Positions 58,735 to 64,000 of a stretch of DNA of 64,000 bases are shown in pieces. This stretch comes from Candidatus Latescibacterota bacterium (GTDB taxonomy: Bacteria > Latescibacterota > UBA2968 > UBA8231). The position numbers and the translations under genes are program-made. The stretch covers positions 864,001 to 928,000 of the forward strand of contig CBDCSU010000004.1 in NCBI GenBank assembly GCA_965221775.1, written 5' to 3'. The notes under the pieces were generated by a model. It saw nothing but the letters and a program-made list of their open reading frames with translations. It made no database searches and had not been told where the DNA came from. Positions within the stretch are counted from its first letter, which is position 1; each line of letters opens with the position of its first letter.

Positions 58735-59274
58735 CTAGTCGATCAACCGGAGGAACTCCGCCCGGGTCTGGCCGTGGTCGCGGAAGGCGCCGAGCATGCA
58801 GGAGGTCGCCATGCGCGAGTTCTGCTTCTCCACGCCGCGCATCATCATGCACAGGTGGCTGGCCTCGATGACGACGCCGGCCCCGCGGGGCTCGACGAGT
58901 TCCATGACCGACTCGGCGATCTGGGCCGTCAGGTTCTCCTGGATCTGCAGGCGGCGGGCGAAGAGGTCGACGAGGCGCGCCACCTTGGAGACGCCGATGA
59001 TCCTCCCCTTGGGCAGATACCCCACGTGACAGCGGCCGAAGAAGGGCAGCAGGTGGTGCTCGCACAGGGAGTAGACCTCGATGTCGCGGATGATGACCAT
59101 GTCGTCCCGGGGGCTCGCGAACACCGCCGAGCCGACGACCTCGGCCGGACTCCCGGCGTACCCGCTGGTGAGAAACTCGAAGGCCCGGGCGGCCCTCCGG
59201 GGCGTGCCGGCGAGTCCCGGGCGGTCCGGGTCCTCACCCACTGCCTCGATCAACCGCCGGTAGTGTTCCTCCAT
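58735..59274 (-). CDS. folE: GTP cyclohydrolase I
   Basis: [42 protein letters not shown] and [11 protein letters not shown]. Confidence 0.96.
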   Translation of the reverse strand: MEEHYRRLIEAVGEDPDRPGLAGTPRRAARAFEFLTSGYAGSPAEVVGSAVFASPRDDMVIIRDIEVYSLCEHHLLPFFGRCHVGYLPKGRIIGVSKVARLVDLFARRLQIQENLTAQIAESVMELVEPRGAGVVIEASHLCMMMRGVEKQNSRMATSCMLGAFRDHGQTRAEFLRLID

Positions 59275-59312
59275 CTTCCCCTCCCGCTCCCGCGGCCAGG
59301 CCGGGCGCCGCG

Positions 59313-59340
59313 TTGACCGGCCAGGCGGCGGCCGTATCTT
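59313..59340 (+). promoter_or_regulatory. Putative sigma70 promoter for phhB-queE
   Basis: TTGACC-N16-TATCTT. Confidence 0.45.
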
Positions 59341-59402
59341 CGCTGTTCAAGCGCGCCGGCGAGCCCGGCGTCACCCGATGCCCAGCAACTCGGAGCCCGG
59401 TC

Positions 59403-59735
59403 ATGACAACATTCGATCTGACGGCCCGGACCTGCAAGCCCTGCGAAGGCGGGGTTCCGCCGATGACGGAGGCGGAGATCCAGGCCCTGCTGCCGAAGGT
59501 GGAGGGCTGGTCCGTGTCCGACGGACACCTGGAGCGCAGCTTCCGCTTCGGCAACTACTACCAGACGATCTCCTTCGTGAACGCCGTGGCCTGGGTGTCC
59601 AACCAGGAGAACCACCACCCGGTGATGGACGTCGGCTTCCGTCAGTGCACGGTGAAGTTCTGGACCCACGCCATCGACGGGCTCTCCGAGAACGACTTCA
59701 TCTGCGCCGCCAAGATCAGCCGGCTCACGGACTGA
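59403..59735 (+). CDS. phhB: Pterin-4a-carbinolamine dehydratase
   Basis: C.PCEGG, FVNAVA..ENHHP and WTHAIDGLSENDFICAAKI. Confidence 0.93.
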   Translation: MTTFDLTARTCKPCEGGVPPMTEAEIQALLPKVEGWSVSDGHLERSFRFGNYYQTISFVNAVAWVSNQENHHPVMDVGFRQCTVKFWTHAIDGLSENDFICAAKISRLTD

Positions 59736-59757
59736 GGCCGCCCGAACCGCCGGCTCC

Positions 59758-60444
59758 TTGCAGCTCTCCGAGATCTTCACCAGCCTCCAGGGCGAGGGGC
59801 GCTACGCCGGCCACCCCAGCCTCTTCGTCCGCACCTCGGGCTGCAACCTGCGCTGCGCCTGGTGCGACACCCCCTACACCTCCTGGCACAGCGACGGCCG
59901 CCTCGTGGACGTGGAGAGCGTCCTCGCCGAGACCGAGGTCTGGCGCGACGTGGAGCACGCCGTCGTCACCGGCGGCGAGCCGATGCTGCAGCCCGACCTG
60001 CCGCGCCTGGTGGAGGGGTTGAGCGAGCGCGGCCACCTGGTCACCATCGAGACCGCGGCGACGCGCTTCATCGACGGGCTGCGCCCCCACCTCTTCAGCC
60101 TCTCGCCGAAGCTGGCCAACAGCCGGCCCGGCGCCGGGCACCCCGCCGAACGGCGCCTCCACGACGGCAACAACCGCCACGACCTGATCCCGCGCTTCCT
60201 CGACGCCGGGTGCCAAGTGCAGGTGAAGTACGTCGTCCAGGGACCCGCGGACCTTCCGGAGATCCTCGAGCACGTGGAGCGCTGGCGGATCCCGCGCAAC
60301 CTCGTCTATCTCATGCCGGAAGGCGTGAGCCGCGAGGTCCTGTCGGAGCGCAGCCGGGTGGTGGCCGGCATCTGCCGCGACGAGGGCTTCCGCTTCACCG
60401 GCCGCATGCACATCGAGCTGTGGGGCCACACCCGGGGCACGTGA
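59758..60444 (+). CDS. queE: 7-carboxy-7-deazaguanine synthase (radical SAM)
   Basis: EIFTSLQGEG, FVRTSGCNLRCAWCDT, VVTGGEP, TIET, SLSPKL and RMHIELWG. Confidence 0.93.
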   Translation: MQLSEIFTSLQGEGRYAGHPSLFVRTSGCNLRCAWCDTPYTSWHSDGRLVDVESVLAETEVWRDVEHAVVTGGEPMLQPDLPRLVEGLSERGHLVTIETAATRFIDGLRPHLFSLSPKLANSRPGAGHPAERRLHDGNNRHDLIPRFLDAGCQVQVKYVVQGPADLPEILEHVERWRIPRNLVYLMPEGVSREVLSERSRVVAGICRDEGFRFTGRMHIELWGHTRGT

Positions 60445-60514
60445 TCCGGACGGGGACCGGGCCTCCGTGCGGCGGCGAGTCGCGCCTCCCCGGCCGGTCG
60501 CCTTTCTTTCGGTC

Positions 60515-61663
60515 ATGACCCGTCCCTACGGCGTTCTCCTCGTCAGCTTCAGCCGCCACAGCCACCAGACCAGCTTCGTCCCCCTCTACCAGGCCCACCC
60601 GCGGACCCGGATCGTCGCCGTCGCCGACGACGACGGCGAGATCGACGAGCCCCTCCGCCAGGTCAACCGCCGCTGGGCGCGGGAACTCGGCGTCCCCTAC
60701 CTGCCCACGGTCGAGGACGGCCTGCGGCGCGGCGACGTCGACATCGTCAGCATCGCCCACGAGATCGAGCGCCGGTCGGACTTCGCCGTGCGCGCCGCCG
60801 GCGCCGGCAAGCACCTCTGGATCGACAAGTTCATGGGCGCCACCGTCGACGAGTGCGACGCCGTGGTCGACGCCGTGGCCGCCGCCGGGGTGCGCGCCCT
60901 CGTGCCCAGCTTCCACTACGGCTCCCTCGTGAGCCACGCCCTCCAGGCCCTGCGCGACGATCCGGTGGGGGAGCTGCTCGGCGTCCACGTGGACGCCATG
61001 TTCTCCAAGGGGTGGCCGCGCCCGATCGCCGACGAGGAGCGCCGCCCCTTCCGCCCCGCGGGACGGTGGAAGTTCGACGAGGTCAAGCGCGAGTTGCTCA
61101 CCGTGGGCTCCTACGCCGTCGGCCTCGTGCAGGCCTGCCTCGACCAGCCCGTGGCCCGGGTCGCGGGCCACGGGGGCGCCTTCTTCTTCCCCGAGCACGC
61201 CCGCACCGGCACCGAGGACTTCGGCACCCTCGCCATGAGCGACGCCGCCGGCCGCTGCGCCACGATCTGCGGCGGCCGCATCGGCGTGGCCACCCATCCC
61301 GCCGGGGGCCCTTTGCGGGCCGTCCTCGTCGGCTCCCGGGGGACCGTCAGCATCGACGCCAAGAGGCCCGCGGCGCAGGCCTTCCTGCGGCCCGAGATCG
61401 TCGCCACCCGCTACGAGCCGAACCCCGAGGACTGGATGCAGTGGGCCAGCGGCCCCCCCGTCCTGCAGCCTTCCCTGGCCCCCGATACGGCGGGTCTGGC
61501 CGCCGGCCTGGAGGAGCTGGTGAGCGCCCTCGACGAGGACCGCGAGCCGTCGTACCCCGTCTCCCGGGCCCGCGACAACATGGAGATCCTGCTGGCCGGG
61601 TACCGGTCGATCTGCGAGGGCGGCGCCGTCGTCGACCTGCCGCTGGCCAGGGGGAAAGCCTGA
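60515..61663 (+). CDS. Gfo/Idh/MocA-like oxidoreductase with atypical motifs
   Basis: RIVAVADD, DVDIVSI..E.ERR and AGKHLWIDKF (EKP variant). Confidence 0.8.
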   Translation: MTRPYGVLLVSFSRHSHQTSFVPLYQAHPRTRIVAVADDDGEIDEPLRQVNRRWARELGVPYLPTVEDGLRRGDVDIVSIAHEIERRSDFAVRAAGAGKHLWIDKFMGATVDECDAVVDAVAAAGVRALVPSFHYGSLVSHALQALRDDPVGELLGVHVDAMFSKGWPRPIADEERRPFRPAGRWKFDEVKRELLTVGSYAVGLVQACLDQPVARVAGHGGAFFFPEHARTGTEDFGTLAMSDAAGRCATICGGRIGVATHPAGGPLRAVLVGSRGTVSIDAKRPAAQAFLRPEIVATRYEPNPEDWMQWASGPPVLQPSLAPDTAGLAAGLEELVSALDEDREPSYPVSRARDNMEILLAGYRSICEGGAVVDLPLARGKA

Positions 61664-62502
61664 TGGCGGACGGACTGGTCGTCGTCTGCGGCCCCGACCG
61701 GGCGCCGGCGCTGGAATCGATCGCCGCGAGTCACGGGCTGGCGGGATGGGTCGGAATCGGCCGCCCGGGGCGCCCGGCGATCGAGGCGCCCCGCTTCGGG
61801 TCGATTGCCGAGGGCCTGGAGCGGGCCTCCGCCGTGGCCGTGCTGACGCCCTGCCGCGGCCTGGCCGGCGACCTCGAGATCTGCCGGCGGCGGGGGATCC
61901 CGGTGGTCCTCGCCGGTCCCGCTACGGCCCGGGCCGACGACCAGGAGCACTCGCCGGGGCGCTGGCGGCACACCCCGGCCTGGGCCGGCGTGGAGGCTCG
62001 AAGGGGGAGCCCCGACTTCGGCCGGCCCGTGTACCTCCGCCTGCACACCGGCGGCGGGGCCGCCGGCCTGGCCGGTGCCTGGTGGGCCCTGCTCGAAGCC
62101 CTGGAGTGCGCCCTGGAGTTGCTGGACAGTCCCATCGCCCGCATGTGGGTCGCCGCGGCGGCGCGCGGCGGACGCTGGCACGCCACGGTCACCCTCGCCG
62201 TCGAGGGCGGCGCCTCGGCGCAGCTCGTCGCCGCGCCGGCGCCCGACCCGGGAGAGGACATCATGCTTCTGGGCACCGGCGGCCTGGTCCACGTCGACGG
62301 CAACAGCGCCGCCGCCGTGGTGCGCGGCGCCGGGGGAGAGCGCCGCCTGGCCATCCCCTCGGCCTGGCCCGACGCCCGATGGATCGGCGCCGCTCTCGAA
62401 GGTCAGCGCCACACCCCGATCGACCGGGGGACCCGCGCCGCCCTGCACGCCGCCCTGCGCCGCGCCGCCGGCGGCGGGACCCTGGAGCCGGTCAGGCTCT
62501 GA
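61663..62502 (+). CDS. Hypothetical protein, degenerate Gfo/Idh/MocA-like
   Basis: ATG overlaps the upstream TGA. RRGIPVVLAGP, FGRPVYLR and MLLGTGG resemble a decayed Gfo fold. Confidence 0.6.
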   Translation: MADGLVVVCGPDRAPALESIAASHGLAGWVGIGRPGRPAIEAPRFGSIAEGLERASAVAVLTPCRGLAGDLEICRRRGIPVVLAGPATARADDQEHSPGRWRHTPAWAGVEARRGSPDFGRPVYLRLHTGGGAAGLAGAWWALLEALECALELLDSPIARMWVAAAARGGRWHATVTLAVEGGASAQLVAAPAPDPGEDIMLLGTGGLVHVDGNSAAAVVRGAGGERRLAIPSAWPDARWIGAALEGQRHTPIDRGTRAALHAALRRAAGGGTLEPVRL

Positions 62503-64000
62503 CGGTCCGCAGCTGCTCGATCTCGACGCCCACCTGGTCCCGCACTTGGCGCGCCGAGGCCTCCTTGACGTGCTCGAAGCCGCGGATGCGGTCGGGCGCC
62601 TCGGCGACGCTCAGGACCTTCTCCAGGGGCGCGCCGCTCCGCAGGGATTCCAGTAGTTCCTCCAGCACCGCCTCGTACCAGGGGATCAGCTCGCGCTCGA
62701 GGCGGCGGCAGGATGTCCGCCGGAAGGGGTCGAGAGCCGTCCCCCGGAGCCCGCGGAAGCGGTAGAGCAGGCCCATGAGCGGCCGGATCCACGGGCCGAG
62801 GCGGATCTTGCCGACGCCGAAGGGCCGCAGCGTCGGCGGGTGCAGGTGGCGGGAGACGCGCACCGGGCCGTCGAAGAGATCCTCGATGCGCCCCGAGCTC
62901 TCCCCCTCGGCGATCAGACGGGCGACCTCGTACTCGTCCTTGTAGGTCATGAGCTTGTGCAGGCTCCGGGCCGCGGCCAGGGTCAGCCTCTCCTCCCCCT
63001 CCGCCGCCCCGGCGGCTCTCTCGGCCTCGCGCACCCTTTCCAGGGCCTCGACGTAGCGGCGGGCCCAGGCGCTGTCCTGCCAGTCCACGAGGTGGGCGAG
63101 GCGGTGGCTCACGGTGCGCTCGCCCTCGGCGGACAGCCCGAGGGACTCGAGGGCCCTGTCGTGCTCGGCCAGCCCGGGGGGATCGGGGTTCAGCCGCTCG
63201 CGGCTGCGGGCGACCACGGAGGCGGCGTCGGGGCGCGGGCTGCCCACGGCGGCGCGCACCCGGTCCGGGTCGGCCACCGCCAGCCGGCCCCAGCGGAAGG
63301 CCTGCAGGTTGTCCTCCACCGCCTTGCCGTTGAGGCCGATCACCGCCTCCAGCGATTCCGCGCGCAGGGGCAGCTGCCCCGACTGGTACGCGGCGCCGAG
63401 GAGGATCACGTTGGCGAAGAGGATGTCGCCGAAGAGGCCCTCGGCGAGCCAGCAGGTGTCCAGGTAGACGTTGTCCGACTCACGGGTGCAGGCGTCGATC
63501 GTCTCCGCCAGGCCCTCGGGGTCGGGGAGGCGCCGCTCGGGGTTGCGGTTCAGCTCGGCCGTGGGCAGCCGCGTCGTGCTCACCACCGCCGTCGTGCGGC
63601 CGGGGTCGGCGTAGCGCAGGTTGGACGGCTCGGCGGCCCTCAGCAGGTCGAAGCCGATGTAGACGTCGGCGCTGCCCGGGAGCAGGCGGTGGAAGGCCGG
63701 CTGCCGGGAGCGGCCGAGCTGGATCGGCGCCTCCACGGGACCGCCCTTCTGGGCCAGGCCCGTGTTGTTGGAGAGGTACACCCGCAGCCCGTCGAGCAGC
63801 GCCGCCCAGGCGATGAGATGGGAGACGGTGACCACCCCGGTGCCGCCGCGGCCGACGGTGTGCAGGGTGAGGACCTCCCCCTCCTGCAGCTGCCGCCGTT
63901 TCGGCTCGGGGATCTCGCCGAGGACCGGCGGGCGGCGCCGCCGCAGGCGGGCATCCCCCTTCGCCTGCACCGTCAGGAAGGAGGGGCACTCGCCGTCGAG
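62492..64000 (-). CDS. Fused indolepyruvate:ferredoxin oxidoreductase family protein, C-terminal part
   Basis: DGECPSFLTV, GRGGTGVVT, TGLAQKGGPV, ANVILLGAAYQ.G.LP, KLMTYKDEYEVARL, LRGTALDPF and PDRIRGFEHVK. The 5' end lies outside the window. Confidence 0.92.
   Translation of the reverse strand, partial: LDGECPSFLTVQAKGDARLRRRRPPVLGEIPEPKRRQLQEGEVLTLHTVGRGGTGVVTVSHLIAWAALLDGLRVYLSNNTGLAQKGGPVEAPIQLGRSRQPAFHRLLPGSADVYIGFDLLRAAEPSNLRYADPGRTTAVVSTTRLPTAELNRNPERRLPDPEGLAETIDACTRESDNVYLDTCWLAEGLFGDILFANVILLGAAYQSGQLPLRAESLEAVIGLNGKAVEDNLQAFRWGRLAVADPDRVRAAVGSPRPDAASVVARSRERLNPDPPGLAEHDRALESLGLSAEGERTVSHRLAHLVDWQDSAWARRYVEALERVREAERAAGAAEGEERLTLAAARSLHKLMTYKDEYEVARLIAEGESSGRIEDLFDGPVRVSRHLHPPTLRPFGVGKIRLGPWIRPLMGLLYRFRGLRGTALDPFRRTSCRRLERELIPWYEAVLEELLESLRSGAPLEKVLSVAEAPDRIRGFEHVKEASARQVRDQVGVEIEQLRTVRA

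Noticed and set aside
58735-60444. dpd-type DNA 7-deazaguanine modification island
   Set aside because: No dpdA/tgt-like, queC or queD genes are in the window, and the context looks chromosomal.

Overview
A very GC-rich (roughly 70% by eye), gene-dense bacterial chromosome segment with about 45 real CDSs. Most long ORFs in the supplied track are antisense or out-of-frame shadows. Three secreted proteins end in a YPNPF(N/D)...FlgD-Ig/T9SS-like tail, which suggests an FCB-superphylum organism such as Latescibacterota (inference only). Housekeeping genes: mltG-pcrA, mtaB-miaB, groES-groEL, folE, queE, a pterin carbinolamine dehydratase and a partial fused indolepyruvate oxidoreductase. Envelope and catabolic genes: tesA/ybbPA/GDPD plus a heterodimeric ABC exporter, a heparinase-like lyase, a beta-propeller glycosidase, an S8 protease, SDRs and Gfo/Idh/MocA enzymes. 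Most notable: (1) a translationally coupled three-gene DNA-processing module (dead SF1 helicase, active UvrD-like helicase, stand-alone Fe-S PD-(D/E)XK nuclease) resembling a split AddAB/AdnAB; (2) two GT-C glycosyltransferases transcribed back-to-back with a heptose-precursor operon that has its own transaldolase; (3) four antitoxin genes without intact toxins, three with recognisable toxin stubs; (4) a groESL with a consensus sigma-54 promoter and a His-rich GroEL tail; (5) an apparently exported, cysteine-free DUF362 protein. I found no rRNA, tRNA, CRISPR array or transposase. Family names come from motif recognition, not database searches. Two single-base frameshifts may be assembly errors.
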